Both the position numbers and the translations under genes were made by a program. 64,000 nucleotides of DNA from an uncultured Gemmatimonadales bacterium (GTDB lineage: Bacteria; Gemmatimonadota; Gemmatimonadetes; Gemmatimonadales; GWC2-71-9), in contig CAWGED010000005.1 of the NCBI GenBank assembly GCA_963821525.1, positions 32,001-96,000 of the forward strand, read 5' to 3'. Shown one piece after another: positions 34,429-44,509 of the stretch (its first letter is position 1; every line of letters starts with the position of its first letter). A model generated the notes under the pieces. That model was given only the letters and a program-made list of their open reading frames with translations. It was not told the DNA's origin and did not search any database.

Positions 34429-35468
34429 GGCTTGGGACTCAGCGCTATGGCCCTGGACTCCGCACTGCTCTGGTAGACCGCGTTGGCGATCTCAACCGCG
34501 CGGAAGCCGGCGAATCCGTCCGCGAGCGGCACCGTCTCCCCATTGATCATGCGAAGGAAATCGGCCAGCTCTTCCTGAAACGAGAGCAGCGCGGTCGAAG
34601 TCCAGCTCTTGAGCTTTTCCCGCACCATGATTTCCGGATAGAGTTTGCGGATTTTCCGCCGTGCGCCACCCGGTTTGTCCTGGGTAACCAGGAGATTGGA
34701 CATCGGCGCGTAGTACCCCTTCACCATCCCGCGGTCGCCGTACGCTTCGACGTAAAACCGATAACCCTTCCACTCGGTCCAGGTCGCTTCGTAGGTCGCC
34801 GGAACACCGGATGGGCTGCGGAACACGGCTACCGCGTTGTCCTCCGAGCCGGGGACCTTCCAGATATGGTTGCTGGACACCCCGTAGACTTCGGTGACAT
34901 CACCCAGGATGTACCGGGCGAGGTCAGTCATGTGAATGCCGACGTCCATCATCGCGCCACCACCTGACTCTGGCGCCTTGTATTGCCAGTCGGCCCTGAA
35001 GTTGTGGAGGCCGTCGTGCCCGCCGAAGACGCGGACGTGGTCCAGCGTCCCGATCTGCCCCTCGTCGATCGCCCGCTTGAGAAACTTGATCGCCGGGTAG
35101 TAGCGATGATTGAATCCCGTCGCGAGCCGCTTGCCGCTCGTGCGGGCGGCATCGAGCATGCGCCTGCAGGAGTCCACGGTGTTGCCCAGCGGCTTCTCGC
35201 ACAACACGTGTTTCCCCGCGCGAAGAGCGGCCACGACCGCCTGCTCGTGGAACTGGAGTGGCGACGACACGATGACCGCTTCGAGGCCCGGCAGCTCCAA
35301 CAACTGCTCGAGTGACTGGCACACCCGGGCCCCGGTGCCCGCGGCCGCCTTGGCGGCGTTGGCCTGGGCTACGTCGAGCACGCCGGCCAGCTCGGTTGCG
35401 GGATTCGCACGGATCGTCTGGGCACGGAGCTGGCCGATGGTGCCGGCTCCAACAACGGCAAAGCGCAT
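34425..35468 (-). CDS. Gfo/Idh/MocA family NAD(P)-dependent oxidoreductase
   Basis: MRFAVVGAGTIG, AGKHVLCEKP, GFNHRY, GGGAMMDVGIH. Confidence 0.92.
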   Translation of the reverse strand: MRFAVVGAGTIGQLRAQTIRANPATELAGVLDVAQANAAKAAAGTGARVCQSLEQLLELPGLEAVIVSSPLQFHEQAVVAALRAGKHVLCEKPLGNTVDSCRRMLDAARTSGKRLATGFNHRYYPAIKFLKRAIDEGQIGTLDHVRVFGGHDGLHNFRADWQYKAPESGGGAMMDVGIHMTDLARYILGDVTEVYGVSSNHIWKVPGSEDNAVAVFRSPSGVPATYEATWTEWKGYRFYVEAYGDRGMVKGYYAPMSNLLVTQDKPGGARRKIRKLYPEIMVREKLKSWTSTALLSFQEELADFLRMINGETVPLADGFAGFRAVEIANAVYQSSAESRAIALSPKP

Positions 35469-35473
35469 TGCGT

Positions 35474-36899
35474 TCAATCCTCCACTACGTGGGTGGCAAA
35501 GACCTTCCGATACTCTGTCCACTTGTCCTCGTTGAACCCGGCAGGCTCGAGACAGTCCACCGCGGCGCGTGCCATGTAGAGCGCGTGATGGGTGTTGTCA
35601 TGGGCGAAGAGACCCTGCCTGCCATAGGTCAGCAGCCGGGGCAGACTCTCGGCCCAGTGATCCAGGGTTCCGAATGGTCCCTCGTAGCCCCTGGTATAGA
35701 TGGGATACGCCTGCCGCAGACGCCGGGTGTGGACCGCGACCGGGGGCGCCGGGAGGGGGATGCCCGCTCGGGCCAGATCGTCGGCCACCTGGCGACCAAG
35801 CCCCGCATCGTCCATCCGCCACACCTCATCGTCGGCCTCGCATGGCAGCTCCGCGCACAGCGTGGTCCGCCCGCGGGGTTCCGCGACGACCGCATAGTTC
35901 TTGGGCTCGGACAGTCGGGTGATGCTCACGTCCGCGGACGGGAAGTAGTGGGCATCGTACTCGGTGAATTGGTCTACCGGCAGCTCGAGGTAGACCAGTA
36001 TCATCGCCCGATACTCGATGCCCGCGCTCGCGTCCCGCACTTCGTCAGGGACCCGCCCGCTCAAGGATCGGGCGAGGACAGTGATCGGGATGGTGGACCA
36101 GACGTAATCCGCCGTCACCTCCGTGGTCTTGCCGTTGCGATCGAGCTCGATGATCCAGGGGGCCTGCGCGCTGGACGGGCCGTGCAGCTTGGCAACGCGT
36201 GAGCCCAATCGGAAATCCGCTCCATTCTTCTGTGCTGCAGCGGCGAACGCTTCCGATATCTGTCCGTAACCCTTCTTCGGATAGAAGAACCGTCCAGCTC
36301 CCGGTGGCTTGAGCCCAGGAACCTGGGATCAGGACTTTTCGCACCAGCTTTCCGAACGATCCGGCCGAGACTCGACGCCGGGCCTGAATTCCCGAGAGGG
36401 TGTCCGGATCTCTACCCCAGATCTTCCGGGCATATGGGAAATAGAAATCGCGGCAGATGGTGGGTCCCAGATTGGCCAAAAGGACACTGGCGAAGCTGTC
36501 TCCTTCATCGCGCTTGCCACCCAGGGCTTTTCTCCCCATGTCGGTGAGCGAGCCCAGGGCGAACTGAGGATCCAGCCGCAGCATCAGATCGACTGGCTTG
36601 AGCGGGAAGTGAACGAACTTGCCCCGCAGGTGAATCCGGCCATGTCGCGGCCGGTCCAGCAGGTCGTCCCCGAGCAGGTCACGAATCTCCGCCAGAATCT
36701 CCGGGTCGCATGCCGGGTGCAGGCGGTGGCTTCCATAGTCCAGCCGTTGACCTCCAGCCTCGAAGCTGCCGGCGTTTCCACCAACAACCGTATTCTGCTC
36801 GACCACGGTGACCTGGGCCTTGCGGGTCTTGCGCAGCCAATGGGCCGCGCCGACCCCGGCAGGGCCGGCGCCGAGGATCACGATCCTGGGTTCAGGCAT
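35474..36899 (-). CDS. FAD-dependent oxidoreductase (protoporphyrinogen oxidase / UDP-galactopyranose mutase-like); frameshifted
   Basis: [58 protein letters not shown]. Confidence 0.85.
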
Positions 36900-37860
36900 G
36901 TGACGAATGAGTCTCCACGGCGGGCCGGATTGCCGCGCCAAATGGTGCGCCGCGCCGGCGACCGAGCAGCAGCCAGACGAGGCCGCCAATGAGGCCACCC
37001 GCGATGAGTACGGTCTGCCAGAGGAGCGAACACACTACGCCGACCGCGAAGGGGACTCCGAACGGTGCGAGCAGGGCAGCGAGGGTGGTTTCCCGCACGG
37101 CAAGGCCGCCGAGGCTGATCGGCATGAGTCCGGCGATCTTGGCCAGGGGCCAGACCAGGAACCACACCGTCAGGGGTACTCGAATCCCCAGTTGCCAGCC
37201 AAGCCACGCGTTGAGGAGGACGAAACTGCCCTGAATCGTGAGCGAGAGACACAACGTCTTGGCGGCACTACGGGGATTCCGCGCGAGACGGCGCAGCGCA
37301 ACCAGGGCACGACCGATTGGCCTGCGCAGACGGCGCGGCCAGCGATTGAGCCGGCGCCGCAGCATGAGCGGCAGGAAGATCAACAGCACCGCGCTGCCCA
37401 GGATCAGGGAAACCGTGATCAGGTTCCCGCCAACCCCGGGCAGCGCGTCGTGGGACAGTAATCCGCCGGCGGCAACCAGGATCGTCATGGCGATCATGTC
37501 GGTCACTCGGTCGAGCACGCCGCCCAGGAAGGCCGCTTCCGGTCGCCGGGTGAAGCGGCTCGCAAGGGCAGCCCGCAGTACATCGCCCCCAACGATGCTG
37601 GGCAGGCACAGGTTGGCGAAAAGGCCGGCGCCATAACACAGCGCCGCGTCGGCGAAGCCGAGGTCTGAGCGGCCGGCGTTCACGAACGTCCGCCACTTCA
37701 CGACGCCGAGCGTGTGCCCAAGCACAAAGCCGAGCAACACACCCACCCAGACGATTGCCGAGAGGCGCAATAGCGCATCCCGAACCTGATGCCACGGAAG
37801 CAACAGGAAGAACGCCGTGAGCAGTCCGACGCTGACTGCGACCTTGAGCCAGAGTTTCAT
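36892..37860 (-). CDS. Lysylphosphatidylglycerol synthase TM-domain (flippase-like) protein
   Basis: [45 protein letters not shown]; about 8 TM helices. Confidence 0.85.
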   Translation of the reverse strand: MKLWLKVAVSVGLLTAFFLLLPWHQVRDALLRLSAIVWVGVLLGFVLGHTLGVVKWRTFVNAGRSDLGFADAALCYGAGLFANLCLPSIVGGDVLRAALASRFTRRPEAAFLGGVLDRVTDMIAMTILVAAGGLLSHDALPGVGGNLITVSLILGSAVLLIFLPLMLRRRLNRWPRRLRRPIGRALVALRRLARNPRSAAKTLCLSLTIQGSFVLLNAWLGWQLGIRVPLTVWFLVWPLAKIAGLMPISLGGLAVRETTLAALLAPFGVPFAVGVVCSLLWQTVLIAGGLIGGLVWLLLGRRRGAPFGAAIRPAVETHSSHA

Positions 37861-38750
37861 CGTCTCAGTCCGAGCCGCACGTTCTGGTCGGCGAGGAGCC
37901 CGACGGCCCAGACGATCAAGGCACCCAGCAGCGCCAGGACGGCGCTCTCGGAGAGGTTGTCCTTGTACACGTCGTAGCCGAACTTCGCCAAACCGAGGAC
38001 GGCCAGAAACGCGCCTAGCGGAACGAAGACTTTCAATGGATTGAAGTAGACGATGGTCCGCAGGATGAGCAGGGTGAAGTCGTACGCGTGCCGGGGCCGG
38101 ATCTTCGATTCACCCAGCCGGGCGCGGTAGTTGATCGGCAGGTACTCGACCGCGTGGCCGTTACAGATCGCCGCGAGGGTTATCGTTGTCGTGAACGAGA
38201 AACCCGCCGGCAGCAGGTGCTCGTAGCGCAGCACCAGGCTCTTCCGCATGAGCCGCATTCCGGAGTTGATGTCCGGGATATCCCGCTCCGACAGATAGCT
38301 CGCGAGCCAGCGCAGGAAAGCCTTCGCCGGTCGCCGGGCCAGCGGCACCCGCACCGACTCGCCGGTCCGCGCCCCAACCACCATCTCATTGCAACCCGTC
38401 GCCGCCAGCAGCTCGGGGATCGCCTCGACCGGATAGGTGCCGTCGGCATCGGTGATCAGGATCCATTCGTGCTGGGCCCGGTGAATCCCCAGTTTCAGCG
38501 CCGCGCCGTATCCCTGGTTCTGGCGCCGCCGGAGCACCCGGACTCCGTCGAGATCCGCCGCCTGAGCCGTGCCGTCCTTGGAGCCGTCGTCCACCACGAT
38601 GATCTCGTATTTCCATCCGGAGTCGCGCATTACCGCGTCCACCGCGCGGATCTGCTCCGCGACGTGGGCAGCCTCGTTGTATGCCGGAATGACGACCGAC
38701 ACCGCGCGCTCGCGGGGGCCCGACTCGTCAGCAACGATCTCTTCGATCAC
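37857..38750 (-). CDS. Glycosyltransferase family 2 (polyprenol-phosphate glycosyltransferase-like)
   Basis: SVVIPAYNE, VVDDGSKDGT, NQGYGAALK, ITDADGTY, DINSGMR, GFSFTTTIT, two C-terminal TM helices. Confidence 0.9.
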   Translation of the reverse strand: MIEEIVADESGPRERAVSVVIPAYNEAAHVAEQIRAVDAVMRDSGWKYEIIVVDDGSKDGTAQAADLDGVRVLRRRQNQGYGAALKLGIHRAQHEWILITDADGTYPVEAIPELLAATGCNEMVVGARTGESVRVPLARRPAKAFLRWLASYLSERDIPDINSGMRLMRKSLVLRYEHLLPAGFSFTTTITLAAICNGHAVEYLPINYRARLGESKIRPRHAYDFTLLILRTIVYFNPLKVFVPLGAFLAVLGLAKFGYDVYKDNLSESAVLALLGALIVWAVGLLADQNVRLGLRR

Positions 38751-38760
38751 GCGAGGCGCC

Positions 38761-40419
38761 TCACGTCGGGGAATTGGAGGAACGAGACACCAGGACCACG
38801 ATGGCACCGCCGCCCACGCTGCCAGGGAAGACCGCGGCGGTGTCGTACCGGCTCTCGAGCCGCGACCAGATCTCCGGCTGGACCGCCGCTAACCGGATCG
38901 GGAACGTGTACAGCACCCAGGTACGAGCGTGCTGGCCTTCCGCTGCTTCGAGAGCCGCGAGATTGTCCACCTCGTCCCAGGACTTCCCGAAGTACCGGGC
39001 GTAAGGATAGCGGGTCAGATCCAGCGTGACGATCACGTCGTCGGGCGCCCGCCGAGCCTCGACGAAGCCGGCGGCGCCGGCGTAGTCCTGCTTGGGCTGC
39101 CAGGCCCGGGGCACCGTCAAGGCGCTCCCAACGGCGACCAGCACCATAGCGGCAGTAGCGAGCAACTCTCCCCTGGTCTTGAAAAGCAGCCGCGAGATCG
39201 TGAAAACACCTCGAACCGCGATCATCACCGCGAAGCCGGCGCTGAAGAAGAAAAACCTCGGCCAGAGGTTATGCGACATCGCCAGCACCGCAAACATCGT
39301 TATGACCCCAGGGAGAATGAAGAGCGATACCACCGTGAGACTCTGGCGTGCGTAGCTCCAGAGCCCCGCACCGGCAACGACGAGACCGCCGACGAGCGCA
39401 ATCCATCCTCCCGGAAGTCCTCGCGCCAGACCGCCCAGCGTCTCGGTCAAGAGCCACAGCGGATCCTTCCACGCGGTGTCGGTCCCCGCCATCGTCGGAG
39501 TGAGCAGCGTGTCGAAGAACTGAGGCAATACCAGCGCGTAAAGCTGCAGCGAGAAAGTGCCGGTGAGGATGATCGCCGCGAGTGCTCGGCGGACCGGTGT
39601 GGTCAGGCTTCGGCCCTGGCGCCACCAAATCACCAGAGCGATGAGGGCGTGCGCCACTACGACGAACGCGGCGGTCACGTGGGTGTAGATCGCCAGGGCC
39701 ATGCACGCAGCGTAGAACACCGCCGTCTTCCACCCGGCCTGAGACGATCCGGTCAGGCGCAGAAATGCCTCGGTCCCCAGCAGAGAAAACAGCAGGAGCC
39801 CGGAATAGCCCCGGGCATTCTGAGAGAACCAGACGTGATGGTAGGAGAACGTGAGCAGGAGAGTCGCGAGCAAGGCCTCACGCTCGGAGGTCAACCGCGA
39901 CGCGAGGCGATACGTCGCCCAGAGACTCGCGGTCCCCATCAGGGCTGCCGGCAGGCGAAGACTCCAGCCGCTGTCGCCGAAGAGATCAACCGATAGACGC
40001 GCCAGGACCGAATAGAGCATGTGCTGGTTCTGGCTGTCGTAGGTCGTCAGGATCTGACCCAGCGGCAACCGGACGTAGTCCACCATGGTCTGGATCTCGT
40101 CGAACCAGAGTCCGACGCCGAGATCGTGTAGCCGCAAGGCCAGACCGGTGATCAACAGGCCCGCCAGCACCATCCGGGTCCCTGAGCTCGGTATTGCGCG
40201 AGTGGGCTCGGCTGCGGCCCCGTCAGTTCCAAGCGGAAGTCGCGGGGCCAGGGCAAGAATTACCGCGTGAAGTGCCAGTGTCGCCTTGAATATCCAGACC
40301 CCTATTTGAACCGAGGCCAGGTGGGGCGAGCTTCCAGCCAAGGCCGCGGCCGTCCAGTGTGGGGGCAGCAGGACAGCGACGACCAACAGCAGAAGGGCGG
40401 TGGCCTTGCTTCGTTCCAT
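38761..40419 (-). CDS. Glycosyltransferase family 39-like GT-C membrane protein
   Basis: LALRLHDLGVGLWFDE, LRLPAALMG, HHVWFSQNARGY, LAIYTH; multiple TM helices. Confidence 0.85.
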   Translation of the reverse strand: MERSKATALLLLVVAVLLPPHWTAAALAGSSPHLASVQIGVWIFKATLALHAVILALAPRLPLGTDGAAAEPTRAIPSSGTRMVLAGLLITGLALRLHDLGVGLWFDEIQTMVDYVRLPLGQILTTYDSQNQHMLYSVLARLSVDLFGDSGWSLRLPAALMGTASLWATYRLASRLTSEREALLATLLLTFSYHHVWFSQNARGYSGLLLFSLLGTEAFLRLTGSSQAGWKTAVFYAACMALAIYTHVTAAFVVVAHALIALVIWWRQGRSLTTPVRRALAAIILTGTFSLQLYALVLPQFFDTLLTPTMAGTDTAWKDPLWLLTETLGGLARGLPGGWIALVGGLVVAGAGLWSYARQSLTVVSLFILPGVITMFAVLAMSHNLWPRFFFFSAGFAVMIAVRGVFTISRLLFKTRGELLATAAMVLVAVGSALTVPRAWQPKQDYAGAAGFVEARRAPDDVIVTLDLTRYPYARYFGKSWDEVDNLAALEAAEGQHARTWVLYTFPIRLAAVQPEIWSRLESRYDTAAVFPGSVGGGAIVVLVSRSSNSPT

Positions 40420-40470
40420 TATGGAACTTCAGGGCTAGGGCGAGGGGCTAACATTCGGCGCCGTGACGGG

Positions 40471-40486
40471 AGCAATGTCCGTTCCA
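40471..40486 (-). promoter_or_regulatory. sigma54 promoter for the 40419->30328 operon
   Basis: Reverse strand reads TGGAAC-GGACA-TTGCT (GG-N10-GC), ~50 nt upstream of the ATG at 40419. Confidence 0.7.
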
Positions 40487-40619
40487 GATCGTAGTTTAGC
40501 ACCGCTCCGAGGGATGGGCATCCCAGCCATTCTCCTCGTGGGGTCCGACTCAACACTTTCGATCAGCGGAAAGCGGAGGTGACGGCATTAGCACCGATCC
40601 TGCACCAAGTCCCGGGTCC

Positions 40620-42368
40620 ATGGCCGCCCCTCTGACAACCTCCGAGCCACATCCTGCTCCCCGTCGTTTTTGGGTCGGACTTCTGGTCGCGACCGCAGGA
40701 TGGCTTGCCTATATCCTGTCGCTCGAGCTGCTCAATCCGCGATTGGTCCCGTCCTGGCACGGGTTTCTGCACACCGCCATCGTTCGGCGTTTCCCCTCTC
40801 CCGGCCTGATTCCTGAAAATCCGTTCTTCGCCGGTGAGCCACTCAAGTACTACTGGTTCTTCCACTGGATGGGTGCCGGAGTGTCGCGGGTGTTTGGGGT
40901 GGATCCACTCACGGCACTCCGCTTCCTGGCGCTGGCCGGCCTTGTGTTGCTGACTCTCGCGGCGGGGCTGGTCGGTCGCAGAGTCTACGGCTCACTCGGA
41001 GCAGGACTTCTCATCGGTGTCTTCGCGCTTGCGGGGGCCAATCCCCTGGGACCGGCCATCGCCGTCGGGCGTCATCTGGTCCAACACCGTCAGCTCCTCG
41101 AGCGCACCGTGCATTCGGCCGAGCTTGAGACGGTCCACGTGAGCGACGATCTCGCCGATAGCCTCATGAGTCGGCCCCTGCTCCCTGCGATGTATCTCTC
41201 GGCGGATTGGCGGAACGGGCAAAACATCGTCTGGTTCGTAGACATCTCGTCCCGAGGGCTCGCTCTCGGCGTCATGATGCTGATGCTTTATTTCCTTCTC
41301 GATCCCCGCGCGGGACCCCTCTCGCTTGCCGGGACGGCAGTCACTGGCGCCCTGCTTACCGCTCTCAATCCGATCGTCGGTCTTGCTGCCTGCTTCCTCC
41401 TTGCCGGCAGCGTGACGGCGGTGTGGCTCCTGCATCGATGGAGGGGAGGAGATTCGGGCCCCATCGCGCCAGCGATCGCGCGGAGTGCTGCGCTCGTGAT
41501 CGGCGCGGTCGCGGCTCTGCCTACGTACTACCACCTGTTCGGCCAAGGCGGTTCCGGACGGATTTCACCGGTAGATCTTCTGGTGCTCAAGCTCGTCGTG
41601 ATCGCGGCCAATTTCCTGATTCTGCTGCCGCTCACGGCCCTCGGCATTAGATCGGTCCGAGGCGCGGCCGCGCCGGGGCTCCAGGGCGTTGCTCTCGCCG
41701 GCGTCCTCCTGTTAGGGCTGGTTCCTCTGATTCAGCTGGAGAAGGGCAACGAGCACAATCTCGCCAATGCGGCCTACGTGCTGCTCGCGGTGCCGGCTGT
41801 CGCATGGCTGGTCAGAGATATCAACGGTTCCCTGCGGCCTCCCCAAACCCAGCGTTCCCGAGTTCTCATCGCGGCGCTGGTCTGCCTCCCGATGACGGTG
41901 GGAACCTGGATCGCCTTCCACGGACGACCTCCGCTGCCATTCCTGGCCCACGCGGGCGTGCTCCAACGAACCCCCGAGACCGATCCGGTTGCGCAACTCT
42001 ATCGCTGGATCGGAAGCAATACCGATCGCGACGCCGTGTTTGTGGTGGATCCTTCGGATGTGGTCAAGATGTCGGGCAACGTCTCGGAGCTGCCGGCATT
42101 CACCGGCCGCGCGATCTTCACCGATCAGCCGAGTTACATGACGACGCCCTATCCTGATGCGGATCGGAGAACCACGATCTCGGGGAAGCTGGTCAGAGGA
42201 GAGGAACTGACGGTTGACGAGGCGGGGTACGTCCGCGGGCTGGGGCGTCCGGTGTACGTCATTACCTGGCACGCCGATGACTCGGGTCTACTCGAGCGGC
42301 TCAAGGGCCGCTACGGATCGCCCTCGTTCAGTGCGGGATTCGTCGCGGTGTTCGGACTGCGTCCCTGA
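40620..42368 (+). CDS. Polytopic membrane protein, possible GT-C fold transferase
   Basis: Intact 582-aa ORF, many TM helices, PENPFFAGEPLKYYWFFH luminal motif, small soluble C-terminal domain (LYRWIGSNTDRDAVF). Confidence 0.6.
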   Translation: MAAPLTTSEPHPAPRRFWVGLLVATAGWLAYILSLELLNPRLVPSWHGFLHTAIVRRFPSPGLIPENPFFAGEPLKYYWFFHWMGAGVSRVFGVDPLTALRFLALAGLVLLTLAAGLVGRRVYGSLGAGLLIGVFALAGANPLGPAIAVGRHLVQHRQLLERTVHSAELETVHVSDDLADSLMSRPLLPAMYLSADWRNGQNIVWFVDISSRGLALGVMMLMLYFLLDPRAGPLSLAGTAVTGALLTALNPIVGLAACFLLAGSVTAVWLLHRWRGGDSGPIAPAIARSAALVIGAVAALPTYYHLFGQGGSGRISPVDLLVLKLVVIAANFLILLPLTALGIRSVRGAAAPGLQGVALAGVLLLGLVPLIQLEKGNEHNLANAAYVLLAVPAVAWLVRDINGSLRPPQTQRSRVLIAALVCLPMTVGTWIAFHGRPPLPFLAHAGVLQRTPETDPVAQLYRWIGSNTDRDAVFVVDPSDVVKMSGNVSELPAFTGRAIFTDQPSYMTTPYPDADRRTTISGKLVRGEELTVDEAGYVRGLGRPVYVITWHADDSGLLERLKGRYGSPSFSAGFVAVFGLRP

Positions 42369-42374
42369 ACCTGC

Positions 42375-43109
42375 TCAGCCTTTGCGGTAGCGCCAGAACG
42401 TCTTGGTGCCGATGAACCAGTCCCGCAGCCCGATCTTTTTCCCTTCGGCCTTGGTCCGGGGGAAATAGCGGATCGGCACCTCTCTGATGTTTTTCTTCCG
42501 AGCCAGGAGGCGCGAGGTGATCTCGTGATCCAATTCGAACCCGGTGGTTTCCAGGGGGAGGGACTGGATCAGCGGGGTAGGGAAGAGCTTTAGCGCGGTC
42601 ACGGTGTCGGTGAGATAGCGGCCAGTGCAGAGCAGCGCCACGAAACTGAGACTCTGCCCGCCAAGGTATGCCATCCAGCCCTGACCGGGATGTTTGCCCG
42701 CGAGAAGGTTCACCAGCCAGCCATCGTTCGGGCGTTTGAGATACCGGCTGCCGTACACCGCGTCCACGCCTGCCTCCTGCAGCTTGCGAAACATGGGGAT
42801 GTAGTCGGCCGGCTCGTATTCCAGATCCGCATCCTGAATGATGAGATACTGGCCGGTGGCGAGCCCGATTCCGGTACGAACCGCGGTCCCTTTCCCTCCG
42901 TTCTTCGGCTGATTGTGCAAACGCACCGCGGGGAATGACGCGACGATCTCCGCGGTGCGATCCTTCGAGCAGTCGTTCACGACGATGATTTCCTTGTCCA
43001 GCCCAAGGATGCTCAGGTCGAGTGCCAGGATCCGCTCGAGCAGAGTGCCGATGAATCGCTCCTCGTTGTAGGCCGGGATCACTACCGACAGGACGGCGCG
43101 AGTTGTCAC
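42375..43109 (-). CDS. Glycosyltransferase family 2 (DPM1-like)
   Basis: SVVIPAYNEE, VNDCSKDRT, NGGKGTAV, IQDADLEY, VYGSRY, YFPRTKAEGKKI. Confidence 0.92.
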   Translation of the reverse strand: MTTRAVLSVVIPAYNEERFIGTLLERILALDLSILGLDKEIIVVNDCSKDRTAEIVASFPAVRLHNQPKNGGKGTAVRTGIGLATGQYLIIQDADLEYEPADYIPMFRKLQEAGVDAVYGSRYLKRPNDGWLVNLLAGKHPGQGWMAYLGGQSLSFVALLCTGRYLTDTVTALKLFPTPLIQSLPLETTGFELDHEITSRLLARKKNIREVPIRYFPRTKAEGKKIGLRDWFIGTKTFWRYRKG

Positions 43110-43112
43110 CGG

Positions 43113-43856
43113 TCAGGCTCCCCGGCCCAGGAACGCCGCCACTCGGCCCAGATCCTCTACCGTGTTGATGCCGATCGCTTCCATCGGATCGGATGCGGGG
43201 AAAGTCTCAATCAGCGCCTGAGCCGCGAGCCAGGGAATGAAGGGAAGGAAATTCCGCTCACGAGTGCTTGTCCCAACGGGCGCCGTTTCGGCGAACCGAG
43301 GCAGCAGCTCCCGGTAGGCCATTCCGCTCAGTCCGAACAGCCCTATGTCGCTCTCTCCGACCGCAGGCATCGCGTCGCCCTCACGTCGCTGGAGCACCCG
43401 GAGGATTCGTCCTTCCCCATCCCGCTCGAAATGGATGTAGGGATTCTCCCCCTTGAGCGTTGGCATGGCCAGATCCGCGGGCGACTGGTCGAGTGTCCTG
43501 GCCAGCCGGTCGGCCGTCGCGCGGGAGACGGCGATCTGATCGCACCAGGTGATCCAGACCTGATCGGCCGACCGGAGGATCGGAGAGCGCGCCGGGACCA
43601 GGATGGCGTCGAGCATCCCTGTGGGCGAGTCCTGGACCGCCAGCTCGATGGGAAATCCGGTCGCGAGGCAATGAGATCGCACTATCGCGAGTGCCTCGGG
43701 ACTCACGACGATCACGAAGCGATCAACCAGGCCGCTGTAGCGCTCCAGGATGTAGTCGAGCATCGCGCGCCCGTTCACCGGCACTACCACTTTGGGGAGT
43801 GCCGATCCCAACCGGGAGCCGCGGCCGGCGGCCGGAACCACCATCACCCGCCTCAT
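43113..43856 (-). CDS. Nucleotidyltransferase (GlmU N-terminal / MobA-like NTP transferase)
   Basis: PAAGRGSRLGSALPK, QDSPTGMLDA, ITWCD, GINTVEDL; no left-handed beta-helix domain. Confidence 0.8.
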   Translation of the reverse strand: MRRVMVVPAAGRGSRLGSALPKVVVPVNGRAMLDYILERYSGLVDRFVIVVSPEALAIVRSHCLATGFPIELAVQDSPTGMLDAILVPARSPILRSADQVWITWCDQIAVSRATADRLARTLDQSPADLAMPTLKGENPYIHFERDGEGRILRVLQRREGDAMPAVGESDIGLFGLSGMAYRELLPRFAETAPVGTSTRERNFLPFIPWLAAQALIETFPASDPMEAIGINTVEDLGRVAAFLGRGA

Positions 43857-44500
43857 TGATCAGAACTCTCGATCATGGCCGCGAGGGAGCGCAGATCGGG
43901 GAAATTCCCGAGGAACCGGGGGCCGGAATACCCAAGATTGTTGCGCACTGCTGCCGACCAAGTGCCTGCGGCGGTCGCGGCCCTGAGCCCAGAGAGGCTG
44001 TCCTCGACGACCAGAGTCCGGTCCGGATCTCCTCCCGAACGCCGTAGCGCCTCCAGATAGGTATCGGGCGCCGGCTTTCCCTCTCGCACGTCGTCGCTCG
44101 TCACCAGGACGGGGATGAGCGGCAGGACTCCGATCTGCCGCAGCAGAAGCTCCGCCGTGTCGCGCGAGGCGCTGGTCCCCACCGCAATCGCAGTTCCTGA
44201 CGCCGTCAATTTTTCCAGGACTTCACGGGTGTCGGGGAATGTCACGGTTTCTTTCTGAAGGTATACGCGAGCTCGCTCCTGCTTGAATCGGATCCACTGC
44301 TCCTCCTGCTCGGTCGTGGGCGCTAGATCCCTGGTAATCTCGCGGATCACCTCGCCGGTCGGCCTGCCCATGATCGAGTCATAGCGTGGTCCTTCGACCC
44401 CGATCTCCTTCCAGAGATCCTGGTAGGCGCGAGCGTGACAGGGGGAACTGTCGGCAAGCACGCCATCCATGTCGAAGATGATCAGGGAGAATCGCGCCAT
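43853..44500 (-). CDS. HAD-superfamily phosphatase (subfamily IA)
   Basis: IFDMDGVLADS, GTS, GKPAPD, VVEDSLSG. Confidence 0.9.
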   Translation of the reverse strand: MARFSLIIFDMDGVLADSSPCHARAYQDLWKEIGVEGPRYDSIMGRPTGEVIREITRDLAPTTEQEEQWIRFKQERARVYLQKETVTFPDTREVLEKLTASGTAIAVGTSASRDTAELLLRQIGVLPLIPVLVTSDDVREGKPAPDTYLEALRRSGGDPDRTLVVEDSLSGLRAATAAGTWSAAVRNNLGYSGPRFLGNFPDLRSLAAMIESSDQ

Positions 44501-44509
44501 TCCCGCGCG

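Noticed and set aside
40589..40604. TAGCAC-CGATC-CTGCA as sigma54 promoter for the gene at 40620
   Set aside because: Lacks the invariant GG and leaves almost no leader
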